From Candidatus Thorarchaeota archaeon (GTDB lineage: Archaea > Asgardarchaeota > Thorarchaeia > Thorarchaeales > Thorarchaeaceae), in NCBI GenBank assembly GCA_048882325.1, contig JBHLRS010000005.1:32001-96000 (forward strand): a DNA stretch of 64,000 bases. Reading direction: 5' to 3'. This document shows positions 9,269 to 18,955 of the stretch, piece by piece (position 1 is the stretch's first letter; the number at the start of each line of letters is the position of its first letter). A model generated the notes under the pieces. It was not told where the DNA came from. It searched no databases and saw only the letters and a program-made list of their open reading frames with translations. Both the position numbers and the translations under genes were made by a program.

Positions 9269-10138
9269 TCATAGGTATTGATTTCTATGAGCATCCAAGA
9301 AACGGACATGGATAAACTTAGCAAGACTGAACATTGAGTTCAAAGCCATTATCAAGCGTGTACGTACACCCCAGTCAGAGTTCTTTTCCACTCGTGAGAA
9401 AAATGGAAACCAGTCAATGATCTGCAGTTTATTTGACCAGCTTTCTATTTGGTTCCTGTTCTTTGCTTCGAATTTGTGATCTATTCCAGTGACCCCATAC
9501 TTCCTAAATCGACGGTTGATTAACCAGTTCCCTCGGGATGAGCTACTATCAAAGATGATCTCTCCGCCAGGGAAGTGTTTAACCATTGTCTTGAAGAGCT
9601 CAGAAACCTCCATTTCCTCGAAATAGGCGAAGAGGCCCCCTGCAAAAATTAACAGACCATTATCAGATTCGAAGTCAACATCCTTCATCCATGAGAAGTC
9701 AAAGATCGACTTTGGGATGCATGTGCTCCGATCAGTTTCAGGGATAAGCTGTCTACGATACTCAATAGCATCAGGAAGATCAAGGTCATACCAAAGAATT
9801 GTTCCATTATCAACCCGGGAGAAAGTTGTATCAAGTCCACAACCAAGGTTGACAATAGAGGCTTGTGGTTTATCTTTGATATATGTCATGATCACATCAT
9901 CAAAGGTTCTTGCCCTTATGGCAAACGAAAGACCCAGCAATTCATCTAGAAACTCATCAAGAAAGGCAAAATCATAATCGGGATGTAGATCTTTCACCTT
10001 TTCCAAGATGACCCCTGCTTGGTCGTCCTTCAATAATTCTGGATACAGCTTGGTATACTTGGCACGCGCCCACAAAGGACCTAACATTGTCGACTGAATG
10101 GTTGCTGTAGCCAACTCATCTCCCATAGACGAACACAA
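9269..10138 (-). CDS. SAM-dependent O-methyltransferase, TcmP/LCM-like family
   Basis: TMLGPLWARA, RARTFD, VNLGCGLDT, WYDLDLPDAIEYR motifs. Confidence 0.85.
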   Translation of the reverse strand: MCSSMGDELATATIQSTMLGPLWARAKYTKLYPELLKDDQAGVILEKVKDLHPDYDFAFLDEFLDELLGLSFAIRARTFDDVIMTYIKDKPQASIVNLGCGLDTTFSRVDNGTILWYDLDLPDAIEYRRQLIPETDRSTCIPKSIFDFSWMKDVDFESDNGLLIFAGGLFAYFEEMEVSELFKTMVKHFPGGEIIFDSSSSRGNWLINRRFRKYGVTGIDHKFEAKNRNQIESWSNKLQIIDWFPFFSRVEKNSDWGVRTRLIMALNSMFSLAKFIHVRFLDAHRNQYL

Positions 10139-10190
10139 AGTTCTCCTAGAAAAGCGATCATATTCGTCTTTCGGATTAGAGGTATAACTC

Positions 10191-11171
10191 TTGGTTCTAA
10201 CATCCAGTGGAAGATGGTTTGCGTCAATACTGATTTCGGAATCTTTTAGTTCAGGTCTAGCTGTGAAAAGTCATCAGATGCAAACCTCAACAGACATTCT
10301 CATTGGAAGCATGATTGGACTTCTTGCCGCATTTTTGTGGGCGATGGCAACAAATGTCTACAAATCTCAGAGTGATGAAGCGACACCACTATCCATTGCC
10401 GCTATAAAGACATGGTTGTCCTTCTTTGTGATGTCTGTGTTGGTGATCTTACCATTCAGACCCACTCCTTTCTTCATACCACCCGAAGCTATCCTGTATC
10501 TTGCATCATCTGTAACTATAGGTCTGATTATTGGAGATCTCCTGTTCCTAACCTCACAAGAACGGATTGGAGTGTCGTACGCGTATCCAATAGCAGCAAC
10601 CTATCCTATTTTTACTTACATCATTGCGATCTTTGTTGTTCAAGAAGTCTTACTTCTAACCAGATTTCTTGGAATCCTATTGGCTGTAGGAGGAATCATC
10701 CTGATATCTAGAGAGCAATCATCTTCTGAAGGAGATATTTCAAAGTTCGATAAAGTGGGACTAAGCTTTGCTCTTCTAGCAGCAATTTGCTGGTCGATTG
10801 GAAGTGTCTTGCTTCAGATTGGTGTTACAGATGTTGAACCAGTAGACGCAAATTGGGTCAGAATGATTTTTGGAGCAGGCGTCATAGCACCAATCTATTT
10901 TGGGTATGTGAAACGAGGGATGCCAAAACCCTCTAGAAGAGCAACCAAGATAGTTCTCGTTGCTGCATTCTTTGGTATGGCGTGGGGGTCGCTACTCTAC
11001 ACAATGGCTGTAAAGCTGATTGGAGCTACAGTAGCTTCTGTTGTGGGATCTGTTTCTCCCTTATTTGCACTGCCAATCTCTATATTCTTCTTAAAAGAAG
11101 AGTTCTCACACTGGTCCATTCTCGGAACTCTCTTGACAGTGTCAGGCGTCATTATAGTTGTTCTTACCTAG
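10191..11171 (+). CDS. EamA/DMT family transporter (start probably 10278)
   Basis: Two EamA repeats, about 10 TM, GLLAAFLWA / LLAAICW. Confidence 0.88.
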   Translation: MVLTSSGRWFASILISESFSSGLAVKSHQMQTSTDILIGSMIGLLAAFLWAMATNVYKSQSDEATPLSIAAIKTWLSFFVMSVLVILPFRPTPFFIPPEAILYLASSVTIGLIIGDLLFLTSQERIGVSYAYPIAATYPIFTYIIAIFVVQEVLLLTRFLGILLAVGGIILISREQSSSEGDISKFDKVGLSFALLAAICWSIGSVLLQIGVTDVEPVDANWVRMIFGAGVIAPIYFGYVKRGMPKPSRRATKIVLVAAFFGMAWGSLLYTMAVKLIGATVASVVGSVSPLFALPISIFFLKEEFSHWSILGTLLTVSGVIIVVLT

Positions 11172-11191
11172 TGACGCCTGACAAAGTCGGA

Positions 11192-11608
11192 TCATACTAG
11201 GTACCGGATGTAGATTCCAGATACACAGAGTTTGAAACCAGGGGTCAGATTTTCAACACGAATACCAAGGAACTCGCCTTCATCTACCTGTAGATTCTCG
11301 AAGAGCTTGTCCCTCTGTTGCAAATCACTACCTTCAACTGGAAGAGTCATGTTTCCACTTGGTGGTAGCCAAGTTTCTTGGAAATCCAGGCGTCCCTTGA
11401 CATAGCCTCTAAAGATTTGACAGTTTGGACTAGGACTATTCCCTGAGAAATTGATATGGACACTAACTGGTCCACTTTTTGGAATAATGAGGCTGGCATT
11501 AAGCCACTCATTTGTTTCCAGGTTAATACCCGCCTTACCAACACCTTTAGCGGCTACTCCACGGCTCTGCATGATTGGTACGGAAAAGAATCGTTGCATC
11601 TTTTTCAC
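11192..11608 (-). CDS. Hypothetical protein (beta-rich)
   Basis: 138-aa ORF directly downstream of corA on the same strand. Confidence 0.55.
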   Translation of the reverse strand: MKKMQRFFSVPIMQSRGVAAKGVGKAGINLETNEWLNASLIIPKSGPVSVHINFSGNSPSPNCQIFRGYVKGRLDFQETWLPPSGNMTLPVEGSDLQQRDKLFENLQVDEGEFLGIRVENLTPGFKLCVSGIYIRYLV

Positions 11609-11665
11609 CGAATACAGTCAGCTAATTTCTAATATTAGCATTGTTTGTAGGTTGTGGCATCAATT

Positions 11666-12739
11666 CTATACCCAGCTAATCCTCCTGAAGTAGACAACCA
11701 AAATCACTGTCACTATCATCATAGCTGTCAAGAATATCGGGTAACCAGCCGCGCCCAAAATCTCGATCTCAGGAATCCATCGCCAGTTCATCCCGTAGAT
11801 ACTTGCCATCAGTGTAAGAGGGATGAAAATCGTTGATACGACAGTGAGGACTTTCATCACTTCATTCATTTTGTTATTGATGCTTGAAAGATAGATATCT
11901 AGCATACCTGATATTGATTCACGATATGTCTCAACATGGTCAGTTACACGAATCACATGATCATAGAGATCTCGTAGGAAGACCTGCGTGCTTTCATTGA
12001 CCAAAGAAGGAGTCTGTCTCTGCATCTTCATGACAACCTCGCGTAATGGCCAAATGTGTCTCCGAAAAGAAAGGAGGTCTCGCTTGATCCTATATATTCG
12101 ATTGAGCATATCACTTGTCGCTTGTTCTATTAATTCGTCCTCAAGGTCCTCAATCATATCACCAACATTCTCTAGAACGACGAAGTATTTGTCAACAAGC
12201 AAGTCAAGAATCGTGTAAGCTAGATAGTCAGGTCCGCATGAGCGTATTCGACTTCCGGAACGTCTCGCTCTGTCTCTAATAGAAACGAAAATATCATCAG
12301 AAGACTCTTGAAACGAGAGTACGAAGTTCTTTCCAAAGACCACGGACACCTGTTCAGAGTGAAGCTGGCTGTCTTCAGGCGTAAAGTCATACGCACGCAT
12401 GACGATGTACACACTCTTTGGCATAATCTCAAATTTGGGTCTCTGACCTACACTGGGGATATCTTCAACCACGAGCGGGTGTAACCCGTAGTACTCACAA
12501 ACTTTAGTTACTATGTCAACGTCATGGACACCTCTTACGTGAACCCACTTGTTTGCTTTTGGATCCAGTGGTGGACTGCAGTCGTCCATGGAGTCTGCGA
12601 TGTACTCTCGCATCTGATCTCCTGCAAATTCCATTATGCTGATTGTTACTTCTTCAGTCCGTTCTTCGCCGGTGTGTACAACCGTACCTGGAGGTAGACC
12701 AACCTTATCAGAAATATCATCCTGACTCATCTGGACCAC
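11666..12739 (-). CDS. corA: Magnesium/cobalt transporter CorA
   Basis: GLPPGT N-terminus, LHPLVVEDI..QRPK, YGMN signature, two C-terminal TM. Confidence 0.95.
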   Translation of the reverse strand: MVQMSQDDISDKVGLPPGTVVHTGEERTEEVTISIMEFAGDQMREYIADSMDDCSPPLDPKANKWVHVRGVHDVDIVTKVCEYYGLHPLVVEDIPSVGQRPKFEIMPKSVYIVMRAYDFTPEDSQLHSEQVSVVFGKNFVLSFQESSDDIFVSIRDRARRSGSRIRSCGPDYLAYTILDLLVDKYFVVLENVGDMIEDLEDELIEQATSDMLNRIYRIKRDLLSFRRHIWPLREVVMKMQRQTPSLVNESTQVFLRDLYDHVIRVTDHVETYRESISGMLDIYLSSINNKMNEVMKVLTVVSTIFIPLTLMASIYGMNWRWIPEIEILGAAGYPIFLTAMMIVTVILVVYFRRISWV

Positions 12740-12870
12740 AGGAATTTAGGACCTTTCAGAATATTAGAAAGTGAGGATTACGTGCTGTAGCGAATTATGA
12801 ATCAGAGTGGTATTCCTTATTAGGAACATAGTGAAGGTATTATGATTTAGTCTATTCGAGGATAATGTAA

Positions 12871-13422
12871 TTGAGGCAAACATCAACAACCGGTGGAACA
12901 TGGAAAGCCGTTTTGATTGGAGATCCTGCAGTAGGGAAAACAAGCATACGAAGGAAATACCTAGGAGAGGGATTTCTCACAAGCCATATAGCAACATTGG
13001 GGGTTGATTTTGCACAGAAATATGTTCACCACCGAGGAAAAACTCATCGATTAATAATCTGGGACCTCTCTGGGCAAGCAAGCTTTGAAACAGTTCGAAA
13101 GCATTACTATCAGGGATGCAGCTCGATTATACTTGTCTATTCCATCTCTGACCGACAATCGTTTGACAACGCATCAAAGTGGCTTGTTGAAGCATACAAA
13201 TACTTGAAAGAACTGCCCACCATCATCATAGTTGGCAACAAAATCGATCTCCGTGTTACTCAGCCTGAGGAAACCTATGTATCGACTCAGGAAGGAACAG
13301 AGTTCACCGAGTATTTCAAAGAGAAACTAAAGGTGGAGCCGATATTCATTGAAACAAGTGCTAAGACAGGAGAGAACATTCAGAACGCATTTGGTAAATT
13401 ACTAGACATTATGATTGGATAA
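12871..13422 (+). CDS. Rab-like small GTPase
   Basis: G1 GDPAVGKT, G2 TLGVDF, G3 WDLSGQ, G4 NKID, G5 ETSAK. Confidence 0.93.
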   Translation: MRQTSTTGGTWKAVLIGDPAVGKTSIRRKYLGEGFLTSHIATLGVDFAQKYVHHRGKTHRLIIWDLSGQASFETVRKHYYQGCSSIILVYSISDRQSFDNASKWLVEAYKYLKELPTIIIVGNKIDLRVTQPEETYVSTQEGTEFTEYFKEKLKVEPIFIETSAKTGENIQNAFGKLLDIMIG

Positions 13423-13429
13423 TACCTAC

Positions 13430-13624
13430 TCAACTGCCATGTTCTTTAGAGCCTTCTTCTTGTGAAGAGCGCTCTTGCCAAAAACTGATGACACTGACAC
13501 GAACTGGATTTCTGTGACTCGGTTTTCCTTCCTCTGTTAAACAGAGATTGCAGTAGTACTCATCTTTCTGATTATTCTCCTCATTGCTCTCCAATGTTTT
13601 GCCACAAGATTGGCACTTTTTCAC
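13430..13624 (-). CDS. Small zinc-ribbon protein
   Basis: CQSCG...YCNLC..EG pattern. Confidence 0.6.
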   Translation of the reverse strand: MKKCQSCGKTLESNEENNQKDEYYCNLCLTEEGKPSHRNPVRVSVISFWQERSSQEEGSKEHGS

Positions 13625-13772
13625 CTTGGATTGCCCCCATATTTATCACGTCTACATGATAATAAGAGACATTATTGACGCATGATTAGGTCTTCATTCT
13701 TTTTTTCGATATATTACGTGAAACGTCTTAGTATTAAGTCACCCATGCGATTTCTATCTCCATTGAGGTTTT

Positions 13773-14624
13773 GTGATGAAACCAGCCAGATCTGAATTGA
13801 TAAGAAAGATACTATTGGAGTTGAATGGGAGTCCGTCATCGATTTACGATATCCTTTACTCAATGTCTGGCTATATTGATCCTCGTCGAACAAGACTACC
13901 TAAGTTGTTGAAGGCAATGGAAAGTGATGGCCTCGTAACTAGTGCACTTCAGCCTGGTCCATTGGGACCTTACAGAAGAATCTACGAGATTGGACCCCAG
14001 GCTGAGATACATCTTCGAGAGACCCTTAAGAACAGTATTGAAACGATTCTGCACTTCTATGATGCATACAGGCAAGTAAATCCACAGAAGCTGTACTCTT
14101 TCTCAGAAGAGAATCACTCACGGAAGGGAAAAGGCAACATCCTCTATTCAGCGTTCCCACACATGAAAACCAATGACCTTGAGATAATTCGTGAACTCCT
14201 GATGACCTCAGATGAAACTAGTCTATCGATTGTTGGCTCGGATTTGATACTCAAGAAGACAGGAATCAGTTACGATGTAGTTGGCGAGGATATCACTAAA
14301 CTCACAGCAGAAAGCAAAACTTTCTCTGAAATTCATCTACATGGTGTACCCCCATTAGAAAAGCTCTCAGATGCAATATCTGAATGCAAGAGAGTGCTTG
14401 CGCGAAAAGGACAATTAAGAATCTATGCACCATTTGCATTCTTTGAGGAACCCAAAAAACCAACACTTGGTGAGTTCATTAGAATCACATCAAGTGAACT
14501 GTTTCCTGAACTGGGAGTTGTAGAAGGCAAGCGTGTCAAGAAGGTAGTCGAGAAGCATTTTCCAAATTCCGAGGTCTTCGAGACACGACTTGGCGAGGTG
14601 ATCTTCTTTGCGACCAAGTTATGA
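13773..14624 (+). CDS. PadR-like winged-helix protein fused to a degenerate methyltransferase-like domain
   Basis: LLKAMESDGLV...GPYRRIYEI wing; C-terminal ISECKRVLARKGQL resembles the class I MTase post-II motif, but no GxG motif is present. Confidence 0.65.
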   Translation: MMKPARSELIRKILLELNGSPSSIYDILYSMSGYIDPRRTRLPKLLKAMESDGLVTSALQPGPLGPYRRIYEIGPQAEIHLRETLKNSIETILHFYDAYRQVNPQKLYSFSEENHSRKGKGNILYSAFPHMKTNDLEIIRELLMTSDETSLSIVGSDLILKKTGISYDVVGEDITKLTAESKTFSEIHLHGVPPLEKLSDAISECKRVLARKGQLRIYAPFAFFEEPKKPTLGEFIRITSSELFPELGVVEGKRVKKVVEKHFPNSEVFETRLGEVIFFATKL

Positions 14625-14719
14625 TATCATGACTTGTTGATAACCCGCGCTCTGGCGGCACGGAAGGGAAAAGACATATGGTCTCATGTCTTGCGTGCCA
14701 AGTAGGATGTGGCTGAAAG

Positions 14720-15151
14720 TTGTCGGATAAGAAAAGCGAACTAATCAGACTCATTATGAAGGAGAATGTCAGTGCTGTAGAGATACTTGTCGACAGAATG
14801 GAAATCTCATCCGACGAAGTGGTGGAACTCATCAAGGATCTAATTGTGTCTGGAGAGTTGAATGGAACCCTCACTGAGGATGAAAAACGGTTCTTCAAAA
14901 GTGATGTGAAACTCTCAGACGCTCCGACAATTGAGAGAGAAGAACCACCCCCTAGCTTCTTGAGCTTCAATGCACGACCTGCTATCGCTGTGACCATTTT
15001 AGGATTCATTGTTCTGGGATCAGGATTTGTGGTGAATTCATTTGCAATTGATGAAGCAGAGCAAAGCTTTGCCACCATTTTGATTTTTCTTGGACTAATG
15101 ATAGCTCTGTCTGGTTGCTACTGCATTTCCCAACGACAAACACCAGCGTAG
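14720..15151 (+). CDS. Winged-helix domain protein with two C-terminal TM helices
   Basis: ILVDRMEISSDEVVELIKDLIVSGELNGTLTED wHTH-like segment; two hydrophobic segments. Confidence 0.65.
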   Translation: MSDKKSELIRLIMKENVSAVEILVDRMEISSDEVVELIKDLIVSGELNGTLTEDEKRFFKSDVKLSDAPTIEREEPPPSFLSFNARPAIAVTILGFIVLGSGFVVNSFAIDEAEQSFATILIFLGLMIALSGCYCISQRQTPA

Positions 15152-15215
15152 ATATGCACTATAGGACGCCTTAAGTAGTGGTCTGAGCGCCGGGCCATTA
15201 ACGGAAGGACTAGCA

Positions 15216-16193
15216 ATGCAAGAACTGATGATAGAAGCAGTCCTCATAGCGATTTATGCCATTGGTGTTGGAACGATTTCATCAATGGTTGGTATTGGCG
15301 GTGGAATCTTTAACACACCACTGTTGTTGATTGTTTTTCTCTTGAGTGAGCAGTTTGCTCCAGCAACCGCACTCGTTGCTGCTCTATTTCTTGCAGTGGC
15401 AAGTAGTATTGCGTACTGGCGACAAGATCCTCGACCAATCATTCCAAGGGTGGGTCTTTTTCTGGCTATTACAACAGTACCGGGGTCTCTCATCGGAGTT
15501 ACTCTTCGGACGATGATTCAAAGTCCATATGTACTAAGAGTGATCTTTGGACTTGCATTGATGCCTGTAGCAATCAGGATGCTCTTTGCAGTCAAGCGGG
15601 AAAAGGGAGACATCGCTTCCGAGTTAGCTGAGTATGATATGTCGAACCTTACTGACAAGAGATTAGCCATCTCTCTCTTTGGTGGTTTCATTGGGGGAAT
15701 CTCTGCTGGCCTCCTAGGCATTGGTGGCGGCGCTGTAGTTGTTCCTGTCCTTTCTGTCTTGATGGGTCTACCAATGCATGCAGCTGTTGCGACATCAATG
15801 TTCACCATGATGTTTACTGCTTCTGCGGGCACAGCGATGAACTACATTCAGGGCTATATCAATCCGTACTACGCTATTGCACTAGGTGCGGGTATGCTGA
15901 TTGGTGCACAGTTTGGATCAAGGTTTGCCTCCAAGGTAAACTCAGTTCAGTTGAAGAGAATCTTTGGTGTTATTCTTGTATATCCTCTAGTCAGAATGAT
16001 GAAACTGGGGCAGCTATGGCTCGATCCTGCTTCCTTCTTTGATCCTCTTGTAAATCAAAACATCTTGATGTCAACAATTGGTGACCTCACAATCTGGTTG
16101 GTCATTGTCGTACCAATCGGTCTCTTCAGACTCTACCAACTCCGAACCCAACAGGCTGCTTCAATGGAACCATCCGAAACTTCCTCAGAGTGA
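15216..16193 (+). CDS. Sulfite exporter TauE/SafE family protein
   Basis: Duplicated GIGGG..P motifs, AVATS, multi-TM. Confidence 0.9.
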   Translation: MQELMIEAVLIAIYAIGVGTISSMVGIGGGIFNTPLLLIVFLLSEQFAPATALVAALFLAVASSIAYWRQDPRPIIPRVGLFLAITTVPGSLIGVTLRTMIQSPYVLRVIFGLALMPVAIRMLFAVKREKGDIASELAEYDMSNLTDKRLAISLFGGFIGGISAGLLGIGGGAVVVPVLSVLMGLPMHAAVATSMFTMMFTASAGTAMNYIQGYINPYYAIALGAGMLIGAQFGSRFASKVNSVQLKRIFGVILVYPLVRMMKLGQLWLDPASFFDPLVNQNILMSTIGDLTIWLVIVVPIGLFRLYQLRTQQAASMEPSETSSE

Positions 16194-16260
16194 CAAGTTG
16201 GTACTTAATAGGGAGTCTGCATTTGTGGTATGACCAGAGTGAATATTGCAGGTGTAATGA

Positions 16261-17028
16261 ATGGTAAAGTATAATCTAGACAATAAGGCTGTGATTATCA
16301 CCGGCGCCTCAGCAGGGCTTGGAGAGCAGTTTGCCCATGCTTTTGCTGAGTCAGGTGCAAACGTAGCTTTGGGAGCAAGAAGAGAAGTTTTGCTGAAGAA
16401 GATTGCTGATGATGTGTCTGACAAATATGGTGTGAAAGCCCTACCAATCAAAACAGATGTTACTAGAGAAGTAGATATCATCAACCTCGTTGATACCACT
16501 GTTAAAGAACTTGGAACAGTTGATGTACTTGTAAACAACGCAGGGATGTACATTGTAAAACCATTGATTGAGCAGACGTTGAAAGATTGGAATAAAGTCA
16601 TGGATGTCAATCTTACATCAGCTTTCCTTGGAACAAGAGAGGTGGCGAAAGTTATGATTCCAAAGAAAGCAGGATCCATCATCAATATCACATCAACATT
16701 TGGCTTTGGTGGAACCGAGTTCACTGAGATCAGTTACTACGTATCGAAGGGAGGGATGGTGACATTGACAAAAGCTCTGGCAGTTGAACTTGGCAAGCAC
16801 AACATTCGTGTAAACGCGATTGCTCCAGGATTCTTCCCGACTGCTATGTCAATCGAAGCAATGAGAGACAAGAAGATCAGTGATAGAGTAATCCGACCAC
16901 GCACCGCACTTCCCATGTTTGCAGAGAATGAATGGATACGTGGTGCTGCTTGTTTCCTTGCCAGTGATGATGCAAAGTATATCACTGGCCATACTCTCGC
17001 TGTTGATGGTGGATGGTTAGCATATTAA
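16261..17028 (+). CDS. Short-chain dehydrogenase/reductase
   Basis: TGASAGLG, NNAG, YYVSK, IRVNAIAPG, VDGG. Confidence 0.95.
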   Translation: MVKYNLDNKAVIITGASAGLGEQFAHAFAESGANVALGARREVLLKKIADDVSDKYGVKALPIKTDVTREVDIINLVDTTVKELGTVDVLVNNAGMYIVKPLIEQTLKDWNKVMDVNLTSAFLGTREVAKVMIPKKAGSIINITSTFGFGGTEFTEISYYVSKGGMVTLTKALAVELGKHNIRVNAIAPGFFPTAMSIEAMRDKKISDRVIRPRTALPMFAENEWIRGAACFLASDDAKYITGHTLAVDGGWLAY

Positions 17029-17042
17029 AAAGAAAGTGAAAA

Positions 17043-17067
17043 GGAAAGCAAGTCAGACCTGCTTTCC
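17043..17067. terminator. Hairpin between convergent genes
   Basis: GGAAAGCA/TGCTTTCC 8-bp stem with an A-rich flank (U-rich on the minus strand). Confidence 0.5.
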
Positions 17068-17077
17068 AAGATTCTAT

Positions 17078-18187
17078 TCAGTCATCCCAATCCATAGCTT
17101 CAAAGTCACGTAACTTCTTCCACTGAGCACCACCACTAACTGCGGCGATAACCAGTAGTGAAACTAGGAAGACTGCAAAGTTCTGATATGGATCAAAAGA
17201 GCCAGCAAGGAACCAGAACCAGATCGCCAGGAAAATAACCCACAGAAAAGCAAGTATAATGGCCCACCAGTTCTCAGGACCTTCGCCTCTACGGCGTGCC
17301 CAAGGTAGCCACATTCCAAGAAGGATTGCAGCAAAGACTGCAAATGAAATCAGAAGTATAGCTACATTTTGGTTACCTGTTAAAGCAAGACCTGGATCAC
17401 CTGCAAAGAACCACATCCAGATTATTATGAATAAGAGCCACAGAAGGAATAACCCTAGCGACCCTTTTGCACGGATTCCGCCTCCTGAAGTATCGCCGTC
17501 AATGCTAATCGTGATTTCTCTCCTCCAGGGAGCTATCGCGACGAGTACCATCAACAAGAATGAAGCTAGGATTATTGCGATGTTCTTGTATGGAAATATC
17601 GTGTAAATCTCGTTGACATCATTTGCAAAAGGTAGCCATAGCACCAAGAAGGTTAACCAACCTATACCACCAAGTGCGCTGATTCTGCCTCCACCCTCAT
17701 CACCATGAGATGGTACCCATAGTAGTACATTGATTGCTCCTATTATCAAAAGAGATGCAAGTGCAATACCAATGTTCTCATAGATACCAAAACCACTAGC
17801 AAAGAACACTATCCAGACAATCAAGAAGATAATCCAGATTACACCACTAATTGTGCTTGAGCGTGCTTTCCAACCTTCATCCAAAGGTATGTACATGACA
17901 GCGTTTGCGGCTATTGCAATCAGAAGAGCAATAAAAACAACTGCAACATTCTGAAAGAATTCATAGATACCCGCTTGGAAGAACAACCAGTAGATCAAAA
18001 ATGCCATCCATGCAATCATACTGCCAATCGAGAAATTCTGTTGGAGTTTCGACCTTCTGCGTCTTCTTCCGCTTCTTCGGGGTCTACGTCTAGCCGCTTC
18101 TTCTTCTTCAATTTCAGACTCCACTTTTTCGACATCATCAGGCATGTCTTCAGGTGGTGGAGTTTCATCTTCATCAATCGGTTTCAT
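17078..18187 (-). CDS. Polytopic membrane protein built from five internal two-helix repeats
   Basis: Five copies of W..F...W..F....[QEK]N.[AG].....[SA]..; acidic then Arg-rich N-tail. Confidence 0.8.
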   Translation of the reverse strand: MKPIDEDETPPPEDMPDDVEKVESEIEEEEAARRRPRRSGRRRRRSKLQQNFSIGSMIAWMAFLIYWLFFQAGIYEFFQNVAVVFIALLIAIAANAVMYIPLDEGWKARSSTISGVIWIIFLIVWIVFFASGFGIYENIGIALASLLIIGAINVLLWVPSHGDEGGGRISALGGIGWLTFLVLWLPFANDVNEIYTIFPYKNIAIILASFLLMVLVAIAPWRREITISIDGDTSGGGIRAKGSLGLFLLWLLFIIIWMWFFAGDPGLALTGNQNVAILLISFAVFAAILLGMWLPWARRRGEGPENWWAIILAFLWVIFLAIWFWFLAGSFDPYQNFAVFLVSLLVIAAVSGGAQWKKLRDFEAMDWDD

Positions 18188-18415
18188 TACATCAAACCCA
18201 AATTCAACACATCATGACGTTGAAATGTTCTCCAAAGTCCTCTGCGTTGCGTCTTTCTACATACATCCAATCATTTCTGGTATATAAAGGAGTGTCACAA
18301 AATAGGGTCACATTATGTTACTATCGTGAACTCCGAAATCCATTGGTGACTGTTGTCTTAGCATATTTAACAATAGTTAAATATATATCCAATGAGCTGT
18401 TTTCTCAATTAGGAG

Positions 18416-18904
18416 ATGAAGCAAATGTCAGATGACGAAAAGATGACATTGAAGGAATTTCATACTAAGATAGCAAAGCAGACTAACAACGGGATATGGC
18501 CTACTCTGGATAACGAGAATCCAAGTGAAGAAGAACTTGAAGAAGCCATGCACATGGCGCACACAGCAAGATATCATTGGAGTAAAGTCGGAACAACAGT
18601 CAATGCAGTCAGAGCTGAATATATGCTCGCAAGAATCTACGCGCATATGGACCGGAGCGAGCCCGCGCTATTCCATGCAAACAGAGGGCTCGAGTTGGCG
18701 ACGGAGGCTGAGAAGACTGATGAGAATTGGAAGGACTGGGATATGCCTTTCATCTACGAAGCTCTCGCACGAGCTCATGCGGTGGCAGGGAACAAGAGTG
18801 AGTGCAAGAAGTGGGTAGAAAAAGCTCAGAAAGCCACTGATTCTGTTGAAGGGAAAGAAGACAGAGAGATTTGTCAAGGTGAGCTTGACAAGGTCAAGTG
18901 TTGA
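18416..18904 (+). CDS. Hypothetical helical (TPR-like) protein
   Basis: AHTARYHW...RAEYMLARIY...FIYEALARAHAVAG helical repeats. Confidence 0.75.
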   Translation: MKQMSDDEKMTLKEFHTKIAKQTNNGIWPTLDNENPSEEELEEAMHMAHTARYHWSKVGTTVNAVRAEYMLARIYAHMDRSEPALFHANRGLELATEAEKTDENWKDWDMPFIYEALARAHAVAGNKSECKKWVEKAQKATDSVEGKEDREICQGELDKVKC

Positions 18905-18955
18905 ATTCTTTCGTAGACCGCAACTAGCATAAGATACGTAGGTTCTTGCACGCCC

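Noticed and set aside
14655-14672. GGCACGGAAGGGA resembling SRP RNA helix 8
   Set aside because: The intergenic space is under 100 nt and the flanking SRP helices are absent
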